Shown in pieces: positions 37,383-49,500 of a stretch of 64,000 bases of DNA. The DNA is taken from NCBI GenBank assembly GCA_000708835.1, contig DF236979.1:248001-312000 (forward strand), written 5' to 3'. Position 1 is the first letter of the stretch; each line of letters begins with the position of its first letter. This stretch comes from Klebsormidium nitens (taxonomy: Eukaryota; Plantae; Klebsormidiophyceae). The position numbers and the translations under genes are program-made. Below the pieces are notes generated by a model. That model had not been told where the DNA came from, made no database searches, and was given only the letters and a program-made list of their open reading frames with translations.

Positions 37383-40300
37383 ATGGCGGAGGGGTGGCAG
37401 GCATGGACATGCCTGGGGATGATCTTTGGGATGTTGGTTTGCCTGGTGCTAGAGGCTGGACCTCCAGACATGATCATGATGGGAACGCTAATCTGCTTCA
37501 TTCCTCTGGGGATCCTCAACGTGGAGCAAGCGTTGCATGGGTTTTCAGACAATGCTATGCTATCAATAGGAGTGCTCTTCATCGTTGCAAAAGGTGAGAC
37601 ATTGGCGTTGCCTAATGAATCAATGGCCAAGACATTCATTCCAGGATCAACTGCAAAGATGGAACAAAGGCTTGGGGAAGGCAGCTCCACTTGCGCTTAG
37701 GTCTCTGGCAAATTGAGTGTTGCACAGAGAGCTGATTGCAATTCCAAGCGCTTCACATGAATTTTGAAGTTTTTGCTGCCATCAATGGCCAATGAATCCT
37801 ATCGCTCAGATTGGACGATCCTTCAAAGATCAGAAACCCTTGTGGTATGCAGGTATTGAAATGTCCGGAGGTCTGGAGTATGTGAGCAAAATCATGTTCA
37901 AGACCAAGTCTCAGCCAGACCCTAAGAGCGGAGAAGTAGCGAAGGGCCAGAGTCTAGTCTGGGTGCTCATGAAGTTCATGATTCCGGTGGCTGTCTTCTC
38001 TGCATTCCTGGCCAACATTCCTCTCGTTGCAATGATGATACCGCCGGTGGCCGACTATGCAAGAAGGGTGAGTCTTGAAATTGGAGCAAGAACAGAATAA
38101 TGTCTACAGGAAGCAAGCAATCAATCTCAGCCGCACCTGATCTTCGTTCTGTATTGTGTAACGTGATGGCATATGCTTTTTGAATCACAGAAGGCTCTTT
38201 TGATGATTAATTGCTATTAGATCTCAGCTTTCAAGTTGTTCGTGACGGGAATTTGAGTCACCACTCAAGGAGGAGTCAGAAGCTGATGTGCTTGGTCCTG
38301 TGGACCTGCAGTTGAACATGGCGCCATCTAAGGTCCTCCTCCCTCTCAGTTTTGCTGCGCTATACGGTGGAACGTGGACCCTGATTGGATCTGGCACAAA
38401 CCTTGTTGTGTACTCCTTGGCAAATCGAGCAGTCCCAGAGATGAAGATGAATCTGTTCGAGTTGGGGATCGTAGGCATTCCTGTCACTGTGGCTGGCATT
38501 TTCTACATCGTGGCGCTTGGAGGCAAGCTGCTTCCAGACAGGCTGGCAATGAGCAGCTCAACAATCAATGCCAGGTGAGAAACGTTCATTTTTGAGCAGA
38601 ATGACTCAGAAGGTCGAATCTGTGTGAGTGATAGACAATGGAATGTGCATGATGACTGGAGTCTGACACTCGCTCAAGCTATATCTGACCAATTTGTTGA
38701 GGCGAAGGGAACAGAGAGCTGCCAGAGATCACAATGTGAGGTGCTTTGCTGTGTAGAGCGCTCAAGCAATCACCGGCTGAGCATAGGATAGGAGGCAAAG
38801 GACCTGCTGTAGATGCTTCGGTGCTCTTCATGGCCCTTCGTTGAGCAGTGGTTGGAGGGAAGACTCATAATCACATTTGCAACCACGAGAGCAAAGAGCA
38901 CATCTGCAGTCACCTTTTCCACGTCCCTTGTTCAAGGCTTTGCTGCAGGCATCTTCACACTGATTTAGAGAGCTTGACATCGTAGTATACAGTACCCACG
39001 ATGATCTGAACCAGCACCCTTCCTACCAAAGTGATGATTGCATCTCTCTCTGATTTTCAAGTCGGTGCAACTGCTTTTCCGCACGTCTTCTTTGAAATAC
39101 AGACTGCCCCGTTTTCAGTGTCTTCTGAAGGTTTTGAACGTATACTCAAGCTCTGGTTGACGTCAGTAGACAGGCCGTTTCTGAGATAGTAACCAACATC
39201 CTCCACAGGGAGTACAACGTCGTTCTGGAGATCAAGCCAAAGTGCAGCTTTTGTCGCAAGACGATCGAGCAGTCCGGCATACGGAGACAGCCAGGGCTCT
39301 CATTGGTCCAAGTCGAACGCGACGGTTTTCCCATCCCTAGCCCTGGGGCAGACTTCGTTCTGCTCCCAAGAGACAGGCTGCACTTTACGGGCGTGATCGA
39401 TTCTATCCTGTCGCTCACGCAACTCGACGGACTGACGCTGTCCGAAGAAGAGGTGAGAAACTTGGTTTTTGTTTTTTTTGGCTGGTTCTCTGAGCATTGT
39501 GTAAGATACAATGAAGACAAAGGGACTTTGACATAGGGGGGAGCAAGACATAGGGATCCCGCTTTCTATTTTCCTATCTGAAGTGCTTCTGTGTCCGGAA
39601 AAGTGTCGTTTGACTAGACTGGCAGCACAAAAGAAAGAAAAAAAGAGGTTGAAAGAGGTTGTCAAACGCTTCTTCGTAACTGGAGTCTTGCTTCTGTTGA
39701 CAAAACATGCAAAGATTCACAAGCCAATCCTGAACAGCATGGGATGCTCCTCGACAGCAATAGCAAGAGAAGGGTAAGATTATAGCAAAGAGATCCGTCA
39801 CGACCACCTGCGAAGCAGGCCGGCGACTCCTTTGACCTGAAAGCCTAGATCGGACAAATCTCGAAGCGCAGGCAGGAATGGATCGAGAAAACACAGACGA
39901 TTCTCTCATCTGGTCGCACCACAAACGGCGACTCGATCGACCTGAACAGGCCCGAAATGCTTCTGAAACGCATAGTACAAAAGAGTAAATTTTAAAGAGA
40001 AGGTATAACTGCTAATCCAGCCACAGACGGCAAGGCGATCGGTCCTGATTGTTGCTCTCGGGCGGCGTGCCAAGGTATCAGTTCCTTACATACGCAGACA
40101 ACAAACCACGAGCCTTAATGCACAGCACAATCTTCGAGCGACAAACCGAAGTCAAGGTCTATAAGCGCAGCTCAGACGACTCCTTCGCAACTCGCAGCCC
40201 CCCCTTGTGCACGGCGGCGACTCGATCGACCTGAACAAGCTGCGGCAAAATGTAACTAAAAGAGTCACGTGACTAGAGTCGGAACCTTTTTCTTTCTGCA

Positions 40301-43300
40301 ATTGTAAGGCGGCGACTCGCGACCTGAAGAAGCTGCGGCAAAACGTCACTATGATATCATGAAACTAGAAAAGGGGAGATGAACGAAACAGATTAGTCTG
40401 CACTTGTAGGGGGTTGACTCGATCGACCAGAACAAGCTGCGGCAAGATTTCACTATGATACCGTGACACAAGAAACATTGAAATTGACGGAAACAACTCA
40501 TTCTGCAACCGCAGGGCGGTGACTCGATCGACCTGAACAAGCTGCGGCAAGACGTCATCATATTCGGATATCGTGACAGAAAATGAGATTTAAATAATCT
40601 TCTTATTCTGCACTTGTAGGGGGGTGACTCGATCGACCTGAACAAGCTGCGCACGGACGACGTGCTGGTGGAGGCGGTGGTGGCCAGCCGGTCCCCGATG
40701 GTGGACAAAACGATCCGGGACCTCCAGTTCCGCACGCGCTACAATGCCATCATCATTGCGGTGCACAGGCACGGCACGCGCATCAACAGGTAGGCAAAAC
40801 TTAAGCTCGACAGTCTTTGATCCTGGATGGCCGATCCTTTTGTGTTCTTTGATCAGGGGTACCTTGTTTTCCGCTTTGAGTGAAGGTCACGAGCTTCAAC
40901 GCGATTCGAAAGGACTGGAACGAAGCTCTAAGTTTATTCTGGAGAAGCTACCGGATTGCGGCAAAGGGATTAGCGCAGATGCCGTGCTATATTTTCTGTG
41001 CATCGTTCCGCCGCCCTGGCGTACGAACTTCGTTGCGGTGAAGTGAAACGAAAACACTTGACGGGCGACAATCAAGTCGGAAAGCCAGGGTAATGAAACA
41101 CAGCAGCGTTTTCAGGCGCAAACGACCATCTACAGGTAGAAAATCTGCGCCTCAAGCGACTTTTCCGCAGTCTCTCCTTAAACGGTTCGCAAGAAGGCTC
41201 TCTTTGCTACAATTGGCGGAGACCAAAGCCACAAAATCGCCCTATTTCTTCCGTCTTCGCACGCCGGTCGCCCTCGCTAACCGAGCCCCGCTCACTTTCT
41301 TGCAGCGGCATCGGCGACATCGTGCTGGACGCCGGCGACTCCCTGCTCATGGTCGCCTCCTCGGGCTTCGTCGCCAAGCACCGCAACAACTCCACCTTCG
41401 CGCTCGTATCCCAGCTGACCGGCTTCACCGCCATCCAGCGCAAGAAGGCGCCCTACGCCGCGGTCTTCGTCCTGCTGCTCGTCATCTTCAGCGCCATAGG
41501 CTATCCCCTCATCACGTGCGGGCTGTTCTCCGTGGCGGCCATGCTGCTCACCAAGTGAGGGCCGGCCGCTTGGATAAAGTCTTTGGTCAGTTTTCAGGAG
41601 TTAACAGGCTCTAGAATTTTCAATCGCCCTCTGCTTGAATGGAGGTATTGTGTTTCTGCGGGTCCGGCGATGGTTGATTCGTTTTGTGGTCAATTTATTC
41701 GTTCGCTTCATCGGGAAGAACCCTTCTTTTCTCCTCCCCTTGTAAGTACTATAAAGAGATGACGCCGTCTCCTTTCATCCGAAAAGCAGTCTTGAAAGCT
41801 GTCAACTCGACCTTGCTGAAGTACGCTACACTCCGTCCAGTGACAGGTCTCAGAGATAGGCCGCAGTATGCAACTGTCAGTGCGGCAGAAGTTCCCTCCG
41901 CCCACCATCTCGACTGCCATTACTTCCTCGTCTAGAGTCTGCACGCTACGAACTGGGCGACGTGTGTGTCATTCGAAGCGTGGCGCTCAAGGGCCGTCAA
42001 TCTTGCGCGCACAGGTGCCTGACGGTGCGCGACGCGCGCGAGTCCATTGAGCTGGGCGTGCTGATCATGATCGCGAGCGCGTTCGGCATCAGCGAGGCGC
42101 TCGTGCGGTCCGGCGCGAGCCACCTGGTTGCCAAGGCCATGATGTCGATGGCGTCGCCCTTCGGCTCGGTGAGCTCACGAGCTGGACCCGGCGAAAGATT
42201 GCTTGATGTTCAAAGAGCTGCAGAGTTAGCTCGCCTGCCAGAACCAGACTAGCGACAGCTTTCTAAAAGCTCGCAATAGCTAGCAATCCTTCTATCATAT
42301 TGATCGAAGCTAAGTCTCAAAACTTTCTTCCTTCCTGTTCCTGATCCAGAATAATCATGCAAATACTGATTAAACGCTCCTCCTCTTCGTAAGACCAGAC
42401 GTCTGAGCAACACGCGCTACTTCCGAAGCATACTGCAAGTCATGGCCTATCTTCCGAGACAATTCATTCCAACTGCGAGATCTAGCCCGATACCCGAGCC
42501 CCAAATCATCTCAAGACTGCATGCCTTTCGCAACTTCACCTTCGAACGGCCGAAGCTTACATTGCGATCTTTTTCCCGCTCAGGTGGGCCTGATCGCGGC
42601 GACCTACATCGCGACGACCGTGTTTTCGTGCGCCATCACCAACAGCGCGGCGGTGACCATCATGTTCCCGGTCGCCCTCAGCGCCGCGCAGCTCAACGGC
42701 CTCGACTTCAGGCCCTTCGCGTACATCCTCATGATGGCGTCCTCCGCTTCCTTCATGACGCCCACGGGTGAGGGGCAGCTTTGGAAGAGACGATGGCATA
42801 GGATGTTGACTTTTGCTGTTCGGGGGATGCATGATTTCCACGGGTAAGGGGGAGCTTTGGAAGAGACGATGGCAGAGGATGTTGAATTCGACGCTCGAAG
42901 GATTCATGACGCCCACAGGCGAGCGCAGATTTAAAAGATACGCGATGGCTTAAGATGTTGCAATTTTCCAGTTTGAAAGATAATTAGGAGCGGGTTTGTC
43001 CAGGCCCAAAGGAGGTTATTTTCGTACAGACTGGATACGGATTCGAAACCAAAAGAAATCAAGTGCTTCGGCGTCAAGCCGGCTGGATCAGCACTTCCAG
43101 CAAAGTATGGGAACAAATCGCTCTATCGGATGCATCGTACGAAGTAAGTTGCGGCCAAAGCTACAAGCTTCCGCTTGAAGCTATGTCGCCTTGATCTGCG
43201 GGCAAGGAAGACGCGAGATTCCTTTGGTACGGGCATAACGTGATGTGAATTCGGAGAAGTAACAGGGACTCAAGACGCCAGAATGAGATCCCAGGTTCCC

Positions 43301-44668
43301 TTTCCAGTTTCCGTGGTTCTCCACACTCACTGAGCGCATCTTCCCACCCTGTTACGGTCTCTTAACCCTCGTCCTCAACCCGCAGGTTGCCCGACTAACC
43401 TGATGGTCTACACTCCGGGGGGGTACAAATTCATGGATTACGTCGTCTTCGGGGGGCCCCTCCAGCTATGGCTCCTCTTCATTACGGTCGGGGTTACCGT
43501 AACCCTGGACTACTGGTGGATCTGGTGGGGAGTGCTCATCATTGGGACGTGCGTGCTGACCCCGATCCTTGCCAAGCAGGTAAGCGACAGCTGTTCTCCA
43601 TTGAATCTGCTTTGCTGAGCACGTGGGCAAATTCTAGGGCTAGATATGGATCTGTCGAGCCAGATCTTGCATTAATTTTGCGCGCTTCTTCAAAAGATCT
43701 GTTGAAATACCTCGCCACATTCAGAAGTCTCCTTTCGTAGCCATCTTGGTTTCTCGTACTCGGCCTCAAAGCATGCGGGAACGTCGTTCCCAGCCTGCCC
43801 GCCTAAGATTCATTGGAAGCGCGTACATTCAATTAAGTTGCTCATCAGCGTTGTGAAAGCAAACTCGTTCCACGCGCGCAGTCGTGCAACTTCCCGAAGC
43901 AGGGGCGCATCATGAGCGACACCGACGCGGGCAGCGAGGGGGGCAAGGCGTTCTCGACGAGCGACGACGAGCCGGTGAAGGCGCAGAAGGAGAACGGGTC
44001 TTCCATGGTGAGACCCTCCGAGCAGGTCTAGAGAGCTCATCCTGGCTTCTCTCAAAGCTCTCAGGTCGCATCTAGTTGATCGTTACACATGAAAGAAAGA
44101 GGCGTACAGACGAAAGCGGAAGATTTCTGGTGAAAGGCGGTTTGGTCTGCTCATATGTTGGTCACGCGTGAGATCCAAGCATAAGCTTTCCGCAAATTCA
44201 AATTGACTCGGGTTGCCTCAAACACAATGTAGTAGCCGCTTTTTGTAGTAGCCCCAGGATTTGGAGTGCTGACATTGAATGTAGAGTCCGTAGACGTGGG
44301 TCATCTCCGCGACGGGCGGAAATTATCTTTAGCGCACAGCTTCATGTAGACAACGCCTTTTGCCATCACAAGTTGCAGTTCGCGGCAAGCACAACTCAGC
44401 CTGACAAAACGAGAGGAAGTTCAATCTGCTGTCAATCAGGAAAGATACGATTTAAGCGCGATCTGATTCCATAATCTCGCCGCAGATCACGATGTCGTCC
44501 CTTCCGACGTCAACCATGGCCGGCAACGGCGTGCATATAGCCATGAGCGGCGGTTTCTCGGTCGTGAAAGCCCCCGCCGAGATCCAGTCGTCGACTTCGC
44601 GACGAAACAGTCTGAGCATGGAGAAGAAGCTGCTAGACGATCCGGGGTTCTCTGAGGTCCAAATGTAA
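37383..44668 (+). CDS. SLC13/CitMHS-family (SLT/SAC1-type) Na+/sulfate-like transporter with two TrkA-C domains; 11 exons
   Basis: Spliced motifs ALHGFSDNAMLSIGVLFIVAKGIE, SAFLANIPLVAMMIP, PSKVLLPLSFAALYGGTWTLIGSGTNL, TrkA-C exons (about 39209-39452, 40620-40790), GDSLL, IASAFGISEALVRSG, FSCAITNSAA, SASFMTPTGCPTNLMVYTPGGYKF. The last exon 44486-44668 is inferred from splice signals only. Confidence 0.92.
39805..40651 (+). repeat. Polarised array of about 100-105 nt units, each an intron tail plus the first 32 nt of transporter exon 5
   Basis: GGCGACTCGATCGACCTGAACAAGCTGCG cores start near 39819, 39924, 40027 (degenerate), 40213, 40308, 40410 and 40515. The real exon starts at 40620. Confidence 0.93.
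42750..42965 (+). repeat. Three copies of exon-8 tail plus 5' splice site, about 75-nt period
   Basis: ttcatgacgcccacgg|gtgagg (42768), tgcatgatttccacgg|gtaagg (42844), ttcatgacgcccacag|gcgagc (42919). Each is followed by a similar ...aagagacgatggc..ggatgttg segment. Confidence 0.88.
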
Positions 44669-46519
44669 AGATAAGGTGGATGGAAGAAGAATGTCGATAT
44701 TTGATCAGATGCGTGCCGGGACGTTACAGAGAAGAGCAGATCTAAGATTCCTCTTCTGACTTAGCCAATAGTGCGTGGCCAAGATCAAGCCCATTAAGCA
44801 TGTGGACTGCACAGCGATTGAACGAAATCAAAAAAGTACAGTAGGATTATAAGGCTTGCTATGAGCATAAGCGAACCGCAACATTGTCTCGGATTATCAC
44901 GGACCGCGTTGAAAAACCGTAGTTGATCAGATGCGAATATGCACTGCGCGCACAGCTGCAACGATGAAATCTTCACGCGCCACGCGTCAGAAATAACTTT
45001 GACTTTGCGATGAGGACCAGCGAATTAAGATGACCAGCGAATTGAGAAGATTCAAGATATATTGCGTGCTGGAATCGAATTTCAGAGACCAGCCGGGCGC
45101 CATAATATACCGTGCAATATTGTAACCACGTCGAGTAGGAGTTCGAACTATCATCCACGATGCATACAATCCAAACTTGATTTCTTGCTGCAAAACGCGG
45201 TCTCGTTGTGTCCAGTCTTTCATAAACTATGCTTCTGCAGAGGCTTCACCCCATTGCCTTTTGTTACGCGTTTGATTATATAACCTTTTCAGCAACACTT
45301 GGTTGATCTGTGCGATACTAAGTTAAAGCAGTAAGCTCGTCTGCTGGGCTGAAAAATGGACGTATAGATCTGCGCAACCCACTCGCTAAATGGTGGCGCG
45401 GCCTCTAGGATTTTCATTTTGTTGGCATGAAAGTAGATCCGTGCGCTTCTGACCTTAGTAGAAGCACTTTCGCGTTCCTCTACGGTGTCGGATCTCCAAG
45501 ATTCCAATCCTTGCTTTAGGTCCCTTACAAAAACCCCGCCAACCCTTGCTATGCTATGAGGAAGCTCGAGGACGAGATCAGAGTTCGAACAAGACTCATA
45601 GAAACTCAGACCTGCGCATCCTTGGGTGCGCAACAGTTTATTCGCTTGCTGCATATTTGCGTGCGAAGACGTTCCGTGGTCGAGAAACATAACTTTCAAG
45701 AGTATCTGATTCAATTGCGCGGCGGTCTGTTTATGTTTTGGCTTCTAGGGATGATTGTGCGGTGTTGGAAGCGGGCGGGGGCGGTTTCTCGTCAAACAGG
45801 GGCAGGGCCTCGATCCCGCTGAGCTCAGCGACCGACGCGGTTGCTCTCTCCACCTGCAAGTTTCGAACTTGTTAAGAAAGGGTTTCCTCTAGTACCATTG
45901 CAACACGTCAGTCTATCCTTTAGTCCAACAGACATCCACAGGCCGTTAAGCAACCTGATGGTTGTCGAGGTTAACCGTATATTGAAATTGCCGTCGGTTA
46001 CATACCGGTTCATTCACAGAGACAGATGGAATCGGAGAGCGCAGGGATCATCAGAAACGGCTAGCAAAGAAGAGTAGAGCCGGTTACGGAGTAACTTGGA
46101 CCTGCTTTGGAGGTTAGCGTTCTGATTGCACCGTAAGCGGACTCTTTTTGTGTATCAAGTCAAGTCATCCTCATGAAGTTCGTGCCAGACTCTCTTGAAC
46201 TTCTTAGTTCTGGATGCAGAAATTTGGATTGCAGCCACCCCCCCGAACATCTAGAGCGCGAACAAAAGCCAAACCTTGCTATGCCCACAGGTGCAGCAAT
46301 ATCCGCTCAAATCAAAGGTGTGAGAGATTAAGTCCAAGCTGCAAGAGTTTTCCAGATCCGAGTATCTCAAGACCACACCAGTATCTTGGGAAGGGCCTAA
46401 ACCTCCTCAGCGAAAGCGCCTTTCGCTTACAATGCTCTCACTATTAAACAGATGTCGCCCTGGCTAAGCCGTCTTTCACTGCGCACGTGCCCGCACCCCT
46501 CTCCAGCTCCAATCAAACG

Positions 46520-49500
46520 CTAATTGAAGTCCTCCTTTTCAACCAGCTGTGTGGAATTTATGATGGTCAACAATCTCTCTAGTTCTTCAGAAAACGTAAA
46601 CCACCAATTTTCGAAATCACAATGGTTGCCCACCGCTCTAGTTCTTTAAAAAACGTAAATCACCAGATTGCGAGACTCTCACCTGGTGTTTCCAGTCTGT
46701 CCGTACGATAAGGGTCGTAAGACACGTGGCTTGGGTCAGGACCGCCAAACAGAGGCCGCCCACAAGACCCTGCAAACAGGGGGATATGCAGTGGGCGTAG
46801 GGCTCGCGAGCTCATCTGGAAAATGGACGGTTTTTGCAGTGGAGTTGAGTCTATCGCACAGTTCACAGCTAGCCTCTTCAACCCGCCCTCAGGACTCAGT
46901 CTCACTAGTGTGCTTATGAAATCCGACGCCCACTTTAAGTGACGAGCAAACCGGAACCAGGTAGCGCAAGCTCTGATCAGTCTGGCTTGTAAGCAGAGGA
47001 AGCTTCCTTCAATCAGTCTTGAAGTGAGACACTCTCAGCTGCAGCGAACACGGGAAACGAACCCCCCTGCAACTCTCAATGTGGAAACGACATCGGTTCT
47101 GCTCTTATCTGCACCTGAGCACTCGACGTGAGACCCTCGAAAAGAGCCAAAACATCTCCTCAGGCCTACTGAAGATCTTGATTCCGTTCTACTTCAGCCA
47201 AGCAGTAGAATAGATAGAGGCCCCAGAGGTTATTGAGAAAACGGGTAACCGTTCTTACCCAGACCCCAAACCTAAAGCAACGTTTTGCTTACCCACACCC
47301 GAAAGCCGAAGCAACGGTTTGCTTACCCAGACCCCAAACCCGAGGTGGAACGCCAGTAAGGCGGACGACGGGAGCCCGACCAGGTAGTAGCTGCTCAGCG
47401 TGACGCCAGCACCCAGGCTCTGGCGGCCGCAGCCGCGGAGGATACCTGAAAGACAGCGGTACGAACCGTCGGAAAACAAGAGAGATGGAAATGGGGCCGT
47501 CGGATATCAGGGCCGGAGCGAACTCTTTCGTTTGAACTTTTAAGACGAGACCAGACAACGAGCCGTTGGTTGTCTGATGCGTGGACAACCCCTCTTGCTT
47601 TCTTCGAAGACGCCGGAAAGAGCGACCCAAAAAGCTCAACTTGAAGGGATTTCCGTGGTTCTTCTGTCTCACTTGTGTTCGTCCAACGGTGAGATCCCAC
47701 ATTCACCAGTTGAGTGCTCCAAAATATCCAAGCACTGGCGCGTCGTTGCCAGATCCTAGTCCTCCGAGCGAGAATCCTACTCGAAAAACAGATTCTTCGA
47801 CCTTCGCTTGGAAGAAGGCCCTTTCGTTACTTCCAATAAAACCTCAGAAAAGATGGCGGAGCTTCCAGTAGGTACCACAGGGGGTACGTATAAAGGCGAA
47901 ACTTCTCCCCCCTGGCCTCACTCCCGGCGTTGTTCTGCACGCTGTCCACGATGCTCAGCCCCGCCACGCACGCCATCAGCGCTGACGTCAGCCGCAGCAG
48001 CTCCCCGTTCGTCGATTCGACGAAGATCAACGGCAGCCATCTGCTGGACGCCAGGATCATGGCGAAGGCCGTCACCCCGAGCGCGGCCGCGAGCGACAGG
48101 CCGACGCGCGCGACCGTCTTGGCGCCGCACGCGGAGCGAGCGCCCAGCTCCGCGGCGACGCGAGTGCTGCGAGACGGGATTTGCAGGGGTTTAAGGAGAG
48201 GGGTGTAAGGGATTAGATAGGGATCAGGCATACTTCAGGAAGGTATCTAGAAAGCTTAGGTAATCCAGCAATTTGAGAACGTTGCAACGAACAAGCTTTG
48301 ACCCGGGATGCTTTTGACGGCTTCGAACGTTCCCGGGTAGAGTACAGGAATCAGATTGGCAAATTGGATTTTATGGTCCAGAGCTTTAGGGCTCGCCCGT
48401 GACAATTCGAAGCAAATCCACGGGGATCCCCCTCACCTCGTGGCCGCCCCCAGGCCAACGTACGTCATCGACATGAGCCACGCCGTGTTCATGCTGCAGA
48501 AAGAAGGGGGCAAAATGACGTCATCGCCAAATTGCTATTGAAACTTTTTCTCGATTTGTGTCCTGATTTGAAACGCTTCCGGGGTGCGGTGCCAAAGTTT
48601 CTGAGCTCCGTTGATTGCTCGCGGCTCTTACGGGATTGGCGGCCCTCGAAAACAAGCGGAGTGTGACGAGCGAGTTTTTGTACCCCACCGCATAAAGATT
48701 GCTCGCAGAACCGTTGTTCGTTTTGGAGTCATGAAATTACACACGACGCAAGTTCGTTAGGATAGCTTTCATCTCATGGCACTGCAACGCCCGGGGTTTA
48801 AAAAGGCACTAATCCTATGTTGCTGCGAATTTCCATTTTACTGATTGATCTTGAACGTAATCGGCTACGACCTAACGGGCGGGTGGATTCCGAGTCCCCT
48901 AAGACTCGGATCCAAGAAAGAAGGAAGACCGGAACTTCAATCGAGGCAGATAAGGTCTCCGTGAGAGGAGAACAAAATATCCTGCGTGGTCAGAAGGTTA
49001 CCCGGTCTTGGGCTGGAAAAGCCTTGAAAACTTACGCAACGGAGAGCCCGGAGACGAGGAGGTAAGGGTTCGGAAGCATGCCGCACATGAGGTAGAGCGC
49101 ATCGAAAGCCCAGTACTCCAAACTGCGAAGTTTGAGGAACACAGCGGGTGAGCTCGACGAGCTCTTCGTAAGCGGATCGACGGGCCAGATTGTGTCCCCC
49201 AGGAGAAGCCGATCGACTGAGATCATCTTGCGCTTGCCTCTCTTCTGAGCTGGCAACGACACCTATTCAGGTGGCTTGATCCCGCTCTCTCAGACAAGCC
49301 AAGCGAGCTGTATACAAACCCAATATAAAAGGACGTTTCCTGTCACACATAGGATAAGGTTTATATATAAGGGCTCAGAAAGTCTCTAGTCATCAAGACG
49401 TGGAGCCCGACTTTTGGCTTTAGATTTGTGCCAAGCCAAGCACGATAGGTTGTGTTACAAATTCAAGCAGCAGATATTCTCCCTCGAGTTGAACCCTGTT

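Noticed and set aside
39805-40651. CRISPR array
   Set aside because: The repeat equals the head of the adjacent spliceosomal exon, spacers are related to each other, it lies in a eukaryotic intron, and no cas genes are present. It is reported as an echo array instead.
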